Source of the DNA: Raillietiella orientalis
Taxonomy: Eukaryota
Assembly (NCBI GenBank): GCA_036172245.1
Contig: JAYWIR010000014.1
Coordinates: 4,216,001 to 4,280,000, forward strand
DNA: 64,000 bases
Reading direction: 5' to 3'
Program-made: the position numbers and the translations under genes
Shown here: positions 14,301 through 24,942 of the stretch, piece by piece
How positions within the stretch are numbered: the stretch's first letter is position 1
Layout: every line of letters begins with the position of its first letter
Notes under the pieces: model-generated
The model's input: only the letters and a program-made list of their open reading frames with translations
The model's database searches: none
Told to the model about the DNA's origin: nothing

Positions 14301-16009
14301 AGTTGGCCACTCTGAAAGCTTAGAACGGATGGAAGGGAGTGAAAAACGAATGGAAAAAGACAGGACAGGGACTTTGGCTTTGGCCGGTCCTTCCTTCTAG
14401 AATCGGCGCTGGATGTCGGTGATCTCCACCTTGACTTCTTCTTCCAGACGGGGCCACCTAGCAGCCGTCCTCACGTTAACGGCAACCATGCGGGTAACCT
14501 CACTGCGTGGTCGTTTCGAGCACGTGCTGGGCGTGACGACGGCGCGGTTGCTGCCGATCGTTGCGATCACGGCTCCTGACGACAGGCCCCACCGCGCGCG
14601 AAGAATCCTCACAGCAAGTCCTTAGTCCCCACAGTCGCAGTCCCACCGCCCGAAGAGTCCGAAAGCAGACGTGGGATCGATTTGATCGACCCGCGTCTGG
14701 AACAGTCCAAGGATGCAGCTTCCCCAAAGGAGAGGCAGTGCAAGCGCTGATTGCACTGGAGACCCCCAGCACGGAAGCAGTAGCGCAGCGCTTCGGAAGT
14801 ACGTACGCAGCGTGCACCCGTGCACAAGGAAGTGTGTCTTGCACATCGTAGGGCCGCAATCTGTTTAGGATCTTCCTCTCCCCAATTCCCAAGCGATCTT
14901 TACTCATTCTTGCGCGACCGCCATCCGCCATTCCTCGATTTAAAAGAGATCTCGAGTCAGCCAGATTCATGTGCTCGGTGTGTGGTCACTGGATGGGGCG
15001 CTCCATGTAGGCACGCTGTAAAGAGACAGAGCTCGGAGTGCGATGATGAGAGAGGAGGAAAAGGAGCTTTCGCGTAAGGGCTCTCGGAAACATTCGACCT
15101 CCTTTGTTTCCTTTTCTTTCTTTTTTTTCTTTACATGCATAGTATTGGGACTCTTCTGAGGGAGGACCTCCCGCTGCCCTCGTATTCCCCTCTCATTTCT
15201 GGGAGGGGCAGAGCTGGGGACGAGAAGCTCCTTCCGGAACCGAGAGTGGGGTCAGGCCAGTGCGTCTGCGGCGGACGTGGAGGCACGCCTCCTGGCGGAC
15301 CACGATCTACTGCAGCAGGTCGATGACATCTGCTCCACCTTCATCCGGCTAACGTCCTGGTCGTTCTCCTTCAGGGTGACCTCACCGGTTCTCAGACTGG
15401 CGTCTCGGTTCTCCGGGTTGTTCGCGTGGACGGCCCTGGCAACCACGGTCCTCCTGGGCGTTTCGGAACTCAGGAAAGGGAGGTCGATGATGATGATGTC
15501 GGCGGAGGGAGGGTGCCGGAGAGAGTAACCTGGCGTCATGCCACTTGCGGAAGCCAGCGTGACGTTTGAGGCACCTATGGGGGGATTGTCCGCGGACACA
15601 GTGGCCAGGAGGAACCGCGGAGTCCCCACCTGGGGTGAGGAGGCGGGGTGCGGGGCGATGACAGAGGCGCTCCACGGCAAGCACGGGGATCGATATTCTG
15701 GCGACAGAACGGCCCTCGTCCGCGCCGAAGAAGTCACCCTGCAGGTGACGCTCGCGCATTCTAGGGAACGGCGTCCCAGAGGTGCCTCGGCCCTCCCGGA
15801 AGAGCAGCCGTACAAGGGCTCGCGCGCGCCGCCGGCGGGCAGGAAGTCGCACAGCCCCATGGCCGACCGTCCATCCGTCCACGCTCATGCACAGGACGGA
15901 GGGCGAGGGGTCTTTTCCAGGTGTGCCGCCACACGGTACCACTCGGCAGCGCCAACTCGGCGATGCGACGCTTTTTTTCCTTTGTCTCTCTCTCTCTCTC
16001 TCTTTTCAG

Positions 16010-16211
16010 GTGTGGATGCAGCGAGTGTGTGTCCTCGAGGATAGAGGATTGCCTGAGACACAGCAGATCTCGCATCAACGCGTATCGTGCTCTGGCGAGC
16101 CCATCCTTGATTGCCTTGTCCAGCAAAGATCCCATCCTCACCGCTTTCGAGCTGAGCCACGTCTTGCAGCGACTCAGCTTCCTGGAGCACGAGTTCAAGA
16201 CGGAATACCAG
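16010..16211 (+). CDS. Trpgamma: exon 4, TRP_2 Zn-binding region (CGCSEC...[20 protein letters not shown])
   Basis: (CT)n tract followed by ttttcag|G; CAG|gtgagg donor. Confidence 0.97.
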
Positions 16212-16266
16212 GTGAGGGAGGAGCGTCCGCGATGCGCGCAGTCGCTGCCACGCAGTCCCGTTGCAG

Positions 16267-16437
16267 GAACTGAGGAGGCAGTGCCAGAACTTCGCCACTG
16301 CCCTGCTCGACCACACGAGAACGTCCTACGAGCTGGAGGTCATCCTAAACCACAGCTCCAGAGGCCCGGAATACGAGTCCGGGAACCGCATGCACCTCAG
16401 CCGCCTGAAGCTGGCCATCAAGTACAAGCAGAAGAAG
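16267..16437 (+). CDS. Trpgamma: exon 5 ([18 protein letters not shown]...[12 protein letters not shown])
   Basis: Follows a 55-nt intron; ttgcag| acceptor; AAG|gtgtgt donor. Confidence 0.95.
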
Positions 16438-16879
16438 GTGTGTGGGAGGGCAGGGTGGGGCGGGGAAGTGTGGCGCTAGTGACTGTACTTGCCGGCGCAT
16501 CCGCAGCAGCGGCGAGAAAACGACAGCGAGGCGGAAGGTCGCCAAAGATTCCGTCGCGTGCGCCGACTAGCTATGGCCGAACCCGCGTGTTCCTCCACGC
16601 GTTTTCAAGTGCACCGCCGCAGCGAAGGACCCGACAAGAGCAAGCCGCTCCGTGGCCAGCTCGGGTCACTGTGGCCGCCCGCTTCCTGAGCCCTCATCTC
16701 GCCCTCTGGAAGTTCCCTCCCCGCATCTTCCCCTTCCTTGACCTCCGCGCCCAGCTATCAGCGATCAAGAGAGGAAACCGGAAGGAGTCGGAATTTCTGG
16801 CTTGACTAGCACGCGCCCGTGTCCGAGTGTGATGGGTCCTCCTTTTTTTCTTCTTCTCGGTTCTCAAGGAGTGCTGAAG

Positions 16880-17525
16880 AACCATTCGCCTCATGGCTCA
16901 TAAAGCTCTTCTTGACCGCTGTACACTTCACCCGAGGGTGCGTGCCAACTCTTCTTCAAGTTAGGAGTCACCCTTCAGGGACTACCCTATGAATCCAGGA
17001 AGGCTCCGGGGGAAGGAATCCATGTTTCTCTTACGCTTGCTAGGGCACCCCGCAGGGAAATTCCTCCTCATTCTCTCTGGAACGACCCCTCGGAAAGCAT
17101 CCACTCCTCTGAAGAGAACCCTGAAGTGACGTTTCCCAATTTCATTAAAGGGCTCTCCTCTTACACTCTGGAGAGGCGACGCTCCGATCGGGGTATCAAT
17201 CAGCTCACCGTGGAGCACAATGGAGGGTCTACCCCCAGCGGGGGGCGATGACTTCATTTTCACAATCGGAGGGAATATTTAAAGAGAACAGGCTCTTTGA
17301 TTCCCGGAGCAGTCCCGGCCAGTTAACAAGGGCACCCAGGGTTTACGGCTTCCACCAGTGTTGCACCCGAAGTCCGTGGGCCAACCAGCGTCATCTTGCG
17401 GGAGGGGGGGTTCGAAATCAACGGCATACACCCTATTCTCGCCGCCGATCTTTCCCCGGGTGGGATTCGAACGTGCAACGCCTGGCACCATGCGCGGAGA
17501 CCGCAGCCACACGGCGCCAACGCGG
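16880..17525 (-). mobile_element. tRNA-derived SINE-like repeat, copy 1
   Basis: Minus strand has an A-box-like TGGCGCCGTGTGG and B-box GTTCGAATCC (about 17462-17472). The body is homologous to the other three copies. Ends are approximate. Confidence 0.75.
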
Positions 17526-20500
17526 GCATGGGATGGGAAAGGTTGCGCGACGCCACGGAAACGTCAGGAGTCCAGAGTCCGATCTCGACACGAGGAGTCT
17601 CCTCACTTCCGAAGGCTGTGCGGTCACACCTCCGATCTCGAGGACTCTCTGGTATTCGGAGATGGCTCCCCGGCGCACCACAGCCCTCCGGGTCCGCTTT
17701 TTTTTTTTGTCCCGCTCCGTTGCCAGCTGCCCCTTGTTTTTTCTGGAGGAGGATGGGAGGGAGGGCATCTTCGCCCGCGCTGTCTTTGCCGGCCCCGTAC
17801 GGCAGCCGTGGCGCCGCGCCGCCTGTTCAGGGTCCAGGATCCGCGCGCAACCTCCCCCCTCCCCTTCCGCTGCGAACCCCCTTCACCCACCCTCCCGCCG
17901 CAAGGAGGCCGCTCGCTTCCTCTCGGAGGAGAGACTCCCTCTCTCTACGAGGAATTCTTCCCTCAGGATCCCTTCTGGGGACCCTGGATGCAGCGAGCGT
18001 GCAATCGGGGCCATGCTCCGCCGGTCTGCACCTCCGGCTACAGGAAGGCGAGTCCTCGCTGAGGGCGACGGCAGCGCGTGAATGGCCACACTGTGGACGC
18101 GAGCGGCGGGATGCTCCCCAGAGGAATGTAGGCTCTGCGGGCGGGAGGAAGCTCGGACAATAAGGGGCTTTTCGGGAATGAATTCAATTAGCTCCATCAA
18201 ACGATTCGGGGGCGCGCTGCAGCGTGACCGTTCCCTCCCCCTCCCCCCCTGCCTTCTCCATCCTGCTTCCTCCCGATCTGGACCTCGATTTTTTAATCTC
18301 CTGGAAACTGTGAAGCGCCGAGCGAGTCTCCGTGGCATCAGCATTCCAGGGAGATTTGGGCCACGAAGGACGAGCCGAGCAGCCCCACAGCTCCGTGGAG
18401 CTGCGGCCTCTTTCCCGTTGCTTTTCTCTTGCAAGAAAGGCACCTCGCCATCCGGGTCGCACCATCTCCCCCTTTTGGAGGTCCCGGGAATTCCTGCCTT
18501 CCCTCAGTACCGGTTTGCCCGAGGATTCGCTGTTTCCCCATACTTGCGTCAAATTTGTCTCCACCCCAGCCTACCCCCTTCTCCTTACCGACCCCCCCTT
18601 CCAGTCCTCTGGATCACACTTGACCGTGTCGTCGGTGCCGCTCTCCAGAGACGGGAAGGAGCTGCTGTCCGACGCGGATGCAGGGAAATCTCGAGTCGCA
18701 TCCTTCTCTGCAATCAGCCCCGGCCATCCCCTGTTGTTCCCCTTCCACCTCACCCCTTCTAGCAGCTCGGCGGATGGATGTCCCGGTGCTGGCTGGACCT
18801 GGTGAGCAGCCCGGCTCTGCCCTCCAGGAACGTCGGGTCTTCCGCCCCGCGGGCACTGGAGAGCTCACCAGCGGCTTATGTCGCCTCTGCCCTACGCCCT
18901 TGGCTGCGGCAGGTCCACCTTGCAGCCCAGAGGATGAGGGCTGGAAGCCCGGGGATCGATACCTACCTTGGCACGTGACGAATCATATCCTGGATGGCTC
19001 CTTGCGGTTTACCGATCCTCCTCTCACGGAAATCCAATCAGCCGCTGAGATTCAATTGAATTAATCAGCTTCTTCATCTGCGCTCTCTCGGTATTCAGGT
19101 TCCAATTATCCTGCAGTTCCCCTAGCGAAGGGAGCGCACGTTCCCGGTTCGACCTTCGACGATCGCTCTAGAGATTCTTCAAAATTTCGACGCTCCTTGT
19201 CCTTCCCGTTCATTTCGGGATACCCACGAAATCCATGGCCGCCGGGCAGCCGTCCTCTCCGTCGCTTCCGATCGACTCCCGACCAGGTCTCCCTAGGGAG
19301 CATTGGAAGGAAATTCCTGGGAGCATCTCGTCCAAGAAAAAGGGGTTTGCTCGGATGACCGCCCACGAGCGGCAACTGCCCGCCGGCCCCGGGGTTGCAC
19401 CAGAGGAGGTGCCCTTCGTCTGCTCGGAGCCCCGGGAAGAAGAGGTTGTTGCCAGGTCCAGACAAAGCGCTGCCAAAGAGAAGCGCTGAGACGGGCGGCG
19501 GAGTGACTCCCACGGGCGCGACTCCCGAGGAGCACAGAGGATATTCCCCCCACAGCGAGGAGTTCTCTGACGAGCCGCCGCGTAGCGTTCGCGGCGGGGG
19601 AGAGCCTGGAGCTTGGGAAGCGCGCCCCCCCCACCGGCGCGTGTGTGGGCAAATTCCGAAGGATGTCTCACCCGTTTTGGGCCACCGGGAAGGGCCGCGA
19701 GCTTGAACCGAAAGGGTCGGCTGCTGCCTTCACTTGAGAGGCATTTGGGAATCGCAGCGCTCCAGCCCGTGGGCTCGCTCTGCTGCGAATTGAACATCCA
19801 GATGCGTGAAGGACGGTCCGCGGACCTGCGAGGCGTGGACGACGCAGGCTGGAATCCTCCTGGAAGGTGCTCTGCTCCGGACAGGCTGCTCTCGGGTGGA
19901 TTTTTCCCTGACTTCAGCTCCGATTTTCTGCGGAGGTCTTTTGCAGATCCTTGGAGGAAGGCGGTCTCCAGGAAACGAAGAATTCCGTTCTCTTGAAGCC
20001 CGCAGAAATATTTGGAAGTCCGGCACCATGTTCCAGGAGCGGCTGAAACTTGCAACCGATTCCAAGATGCCCTTCCGGAGTCTGCATCAAAACTTCTGGT
20101 TCCTTCCCTCGATGATTCATCGCAAGTTCCAGGGTCGCAGAAGTCGGTAACTGTCGGTCTTCATCTCCAGGACGGAGACGAATCGAGTGCGAACAGATAT
20201 GAGCGTGCACACCGCTCTGCTGGAGATGACCGGTGTGACCCCGGAAGATTCGGACAGCACCGCTGCAGGGAAGCCAATGAAGTCCTTGCATGCGTGTGGA
20301 GTGCGCGAAAGGGAGAGCTTCCCGTGTGCCGGGAGAATGTGCCGTCTGCTCGCGACGGGTCTCCGTGCTGCACCACCCTCTGCACGATGGGCTCTGAGGA
20401 GGCGCGAAACCACGTGCCTTCCATGAGAATGATTTCGCGCATCACGCAGAGTTGGTCGAGGAGCGCACCCATAACGCCCTCGGGCGACGGACGACGACAG

Positions 20501-22326
20501 CACACGTGGAGCGCTTTCGACGGAGCAAGGAAAGAAACTCTAAAAGGGATCAACGAGAACACCAGTGGAGCCACGGAGCGTAGGCAAGCAAGGAGGGAAA
20601 GTTCATTATCCAGAAGGAGTTTGACGATTCCTGATTACGACTATTCCCGTCGAAGGGGGAGGGATCGACACAGGTTCGCTCTCCCCGTCAAGGACCAAAG
20701 ATCTGTGAAACTCGGCGGGATATCACGAATCTTCTGGGAAACTGAGGTTTCCAGAGGATTTCCATGGTCACAACGGCGCCACTCATGCGCCACAGTGGCA
20801 TATAGGCCGCGCGCGAAAGTGCGGGTAGCAGCACTTCGGTTTCTTTTCAGTGTGCAAGAACAATGTTTTTTTCTTCTTTCTCTTCTTCTCTCTCTTCAGA
20901 GGCAGGCTCTCGGATTATCATGGCAAGGCACGCACTAGCAGGAATCTGTCTTGAAAGAACGCTTTCCAGACCCTGTGAATCACATGACGTGGAGCTCGCA
21001 GCGTCCGCGTCCTCAGTCGAGACAGGAGCGGCAACCTCCTCGGACTCCCCGCATCCTTGCCGCTTCTGAAACTGAGGTCCGTCAGTTTCACGCAGGACCA
21101 CCTGCTGGAACGCTTCCTGACACGAAACACTTGGAAAGGATTGCTAGTTAGCGTCCTTCTTCCGGTCCAGGCGGCTGTGGTGCCAGCGCCCGCAGATGGG
21201 AAGGAGACACTCAGACTTGCGTCCGGCATTCAGGAAGCCAGTACCACGAGAAGCAGTCCAGGATCCCGCTCCAAGCAAATTTGTATCGCAGAAGGCTGAG
21301 TTGATGAGTCCTTCGGAAGAAAAGCCCTCTGTGCTGAGTTCCGGATGCGTGTCCAGGGGGCTCACTTCAAGAGCTACAAGGCCAGTGCCGGAAGACTTTC
21401 CTTGTTGCCCCTCTTCGATTGCTTCCTTAACGCATCTTAGCTCGTAGGACCGAATTCTTCCCTCCCTCCCTCTCTGGGTGCGAATGAGAAAAGATCATGT
21501 CTTCCTTTCAAGAGACCTGGAGGCAACCTACGAATGCCCACGGGAACCTTTTCGCGATGCTCCGCTTCGCCGAACCTTTTCGAGCGGACGGCTGACTCTG
21601 CGCGCCGCCGCTTTGGTCAGGCATGGACGAGAGGGGCAGCAGATGATCCAGAAATCGCGCGGACAGCATCACATGCGAAGCACGCCCAAAAAGACTTCTC
21701 TCACCCGAAGAGAGAAGTTGAGGAAAGCTGACCCCGGCTTGCCGGTTCGTTTGCTTCGAGAGATCGCCAGATGGAGCAAGCAGTAGCCACATTGGGAAGA
21801 TGCACCTGTCCTGCCGTCTGATCGCATGAGCCAGAAATTTGCTCCAATAGGCGGACAGAAGAGGGGCGCGGCTACACGAGGATCCTCGGCCACGGTGGCG
21901 TGGCTGCAAGCCCATCCATTGGCGGGGGGAGGGGGGTATCCACCACAGGAATTCCCGAGGGCGATAACATCTCACGCGCGCATGCGTTTCCCGATGTGAG
22001 CAGCGAGGATCCGTCGGAGTCGGTCTCCTGGAAAAGATTCCTGAGAAATCGAGTGGCACAGAGCGCTCCTCCAGCCAGCGGGTGAGGAAGAGTCCAGAAA
22101 CGACTTGAAGATGGAACATGCAGATATCCGATGATGGCCAAGGACCAGCGGTCCTTTGAGATGATGGCTGCCGCTTCTGCGGTCGTTAATGGAGCGTCGC
22201 AGCGGTGCTTCGCGAGATTTGCTCTGAGGCTCTGTGATTCTCAGTGGTCGGGTGTTGAAATCAGTCGGTGCAGCGCAGCGACGCGCAATACACAGACGCT
22301 CTGCCAGCATTTCAAGATAAAAGCAC

Positions 22327-22341
22327 AATAATAATAATAAT
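22327..22341 (+). repeat. (AAT)5 microsatellite
   Basis: aataataataataat. Confidence 0.9.
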
Positions 22342-24707
22342 AGCAACATCAATGATAATAACCGCACGGAGAGACGGATCGCTCTTAGATATCCTTTATT
22401 CGTCCAAGCTCTTGCGTTGACGAATTCACTTTCTCTTTCCGGCCTCCGCTTCTTTAATTCGGCCTTCCTGAGAATTACGGTGCTTTCTGGGGAGGAGGGA
22501 GCGAGAGGAGGGGGGCGGGAGGAAGGAGAAGGGAATTCCACTGCTTCTTCCGGTTTTCTATCGACTGCGACAGGGAGCCGGAAGAACCTTGTCTCCAGGC
22601 TCGTCGAGCGCTCTCTCCGATCCCCTTGCTTGTTGTTTGTGCTGCTGCCACTTGAAGTCATCATTTGCGAACTCCTTTTGTTGGGATTTCGAAGCCACCG
22701 GGAAGCCGGCGATTGCGCCTCGAATGAGCAACGAAGAGTTCTGGAGCGAAGGCTGCTGCCTCGATTCAGAGTTGCCAGCGCCTGTCATTACCAGCACAAA
22801 GTCCCATCGGTTGCTTCGATCAAGAGCAAGGGGTGCGGGATGGTGCCCACGTCAGGGACTCTACTGGCGTCTAGAAGTCGGTGGCACGGATCACGTGGTC
22901 TCCTCTGTGTTCCCGCCGTGGACAAACGCGGTCCGCGCGCGCGCGCACCGACCAGTCCAGGGGAGCTGGCTCCGTTGAGGGAAGTGCTCGGCAGACATCC
23001 CGGAATCAACGCCTGTGCGGCCAAAGAGCATGCTCCTGTCACCCTCCGAAGTCCCGCGGAGACCCGGCCCACACACTTCCTTGAAAGCTGGGAGCGGGAG
23101 CGAACGAACGAACGAACGCGCGCGCGAACATGCCGTGCCATCTCCCGCGGAAGACGCTTTGGTGAATCCGTAGGGAAAGGCCCTGTGCACGTGGGCGGTT
23201 CCCAAACAGAGACAACCGGCGGCGCAGCAGCAGCGCGGCGAAAAGGTCGTGTGAGGGAAGTAACAGTCGAGCCGAGACGGACCGAGAAGGCGAAGTCCGC
23301 AGGGCGCATGCGTTCCCCGGCTAGACGGGTCGGCAGTGCCGACTGAAGGTGGAGGCGGAGGTGTTCCTCCGGAGGTCGAGAGGAGACAGAACGTAAGGAG
23401 AAACGAACGCCATAAGAACGAAATTCTGCTCTGCGAACCTGCGTGCCGGGGTTGCTCTGTGCGCCGTCTTCGGCGCACGGTTAATTGCAGCGACTGAAAT
23501 CACCGTGACTATCAGCAATTCATTCGCTTCATCGTGGGGTGCCGCAGCATGGGTTTAATGAGTGATGCTTGAACATACGTGAATGAATGCGCATGCGCAC
23601 GTCAGACAAGCGTGAGCGCGTGGGCAATGCTCCTACCTGTATTTCTACATAGAAATTCATAAAAAAAGCAAAAACACACACGGATTTATAAACATCGGAC
23701 CCACTGGCACGCCGTTAGCATATTTGAGTGCATGAGTGCTCAGGCATGGCCATGTGCAGAGCCAAGCCGTACTTGTTGATACCGGATACAGAGATGCTGT
23801 ATCTGCTTGGCAGATTGTTGATCGGTCCTCCGCATGCTTTGGTATCTTCCTGTTCAGAGCTCGTGCTCATCCTTGTGCCTTGCCAGAGCGTAGCTTCGGC
23901 AATACCTCAGACCTGCAAGGCTGCTTGTATAGGTACGCACCAAAAAAAAAAAAAAAGAAGAACGGCGTGCCCGAGGCTGACGAGAGCAAAGTAGAGAAAT
24001 CCCATCGCAACCGCCCGTACCCTCTGTATCTGGATGGGGAAGAGATCATTAATGAAGGCGTGGAAGAATCGAAGAAAATGGGCCGAAACTCGGATTTGTT
24101 GACGCTTCGGGAGAGCAGCAGTGATAAACGCAATCAGCGCCAGCCGAAGGCTTTCTCGCAGCTAGGATTCTTCTCAGCGTTATCGAAGACTTGCATCACC
24201 GGGGTGTGACCTGGTTTCTCCTGTGTGTCCGGAATGCCGGAACAAGAAGGCGCAAACCCAACAGCCGACAAGGTGAACTCTCAGAAGCTGACTGGAGCTT
24301 CAGTCCCTAGGAAGTCGTTAGGACTCCGACGAGAGTCCAAGAAAAGTGGGCTTCCGCTTTCGATCGATTTGCTGCTGGAGATAATGAGTCTTCTTTTCAC
24401 GAGCCACCCACGCGTAAGTTTCGCCGGAGTCTTGCTCCTCTTTGACGTCGGGCAATCAACATTCCCCTGAGGCAAGTTCTCTTGACTGGAAGTGACTTCT
24501 CCTCCAGGTAAACGCATCCATCGGTTGGCGTTCCCGGAGACCGGCGCAGCGTGCAGCAAGGTGGTCCGCGAGCGCACCCCTGCGACCCGCGAATCCCGTC
24601 CTGTTGTTCCGCGTCTCCAGGGCGTTTCGTGCTTGCTTGTTGACTGAATTTTGCATGATTCATCCACTACTATGCACTGACATTCACAAGAACTCTTTCC
24701 GGTCCAG

Positions 24708-24942
24708 TTTGTCGCACACCCGAACGTCCAACAGCTGCTGGCGTCCATATGGTACGAGGGACTTCCAGGATTCCGAAGAAAGAACATCATCCTGCAAAGC
24801 ATAGAAATATTGAGGATAGGCATCTTGTTCCCGGTGTATTCCTTCGTTTACATTTGCGCTCCCTTGTCGATAATGGGTCAAGCTATGAGGAAGCCATTCA
24901 TCAAATTCCTGTGCCACTCGGCTTCTTACTTGGCATTTTTAT
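24708..24942 (+). CDS. Trpgamma: exon 6, pre-S1/S1 (FVAHPNVQQLLASIWYEGLPGFRRK...KPFIKFLCHSASY)
   Basis: tccag| acceptor; T|gtgagt donor. This frame is absent from the ORF track and was translated by hand. Confidence 0.97.

Larger units (their letters stand above)
15130..18560. repeat. Degenerate inverted duplication, axis ~16540, containing exons 4-5
   Basis: Anchors 16409-16417/16653-16661, 16031-16047/17629-17645, about 15230-15295/18430-18490. A SINE interrupts the right arm. Confidence 0.7.

Noticed and set aside
14397..14612. Cadherin-like minus-strand fragment (GAVIATI...EVKVEITDIQ)
   Set aside because: Lacks the diagnostic DxD, LDRE and DxNDN motifs; similarity too thin.
15911..15925. 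Alternative acceptor tcttttccag|gtgtg, 89 nt upstream of exon 4
   Set aside because: It would shift the frame and has a weaker pyrimidine tract; no evidence of use.
17455..17525. tRNA gene
   Set aside because: A/B-box-like motifs are present, but I cannot form a clean cloverleaf and the sequence is attached to a repeated body, so it is a SINE head.
17985..18001. 16/17 direct match to the start of exon 4
   Set aside because: Isolated, with no acceptor and no extension; compatible with chance.
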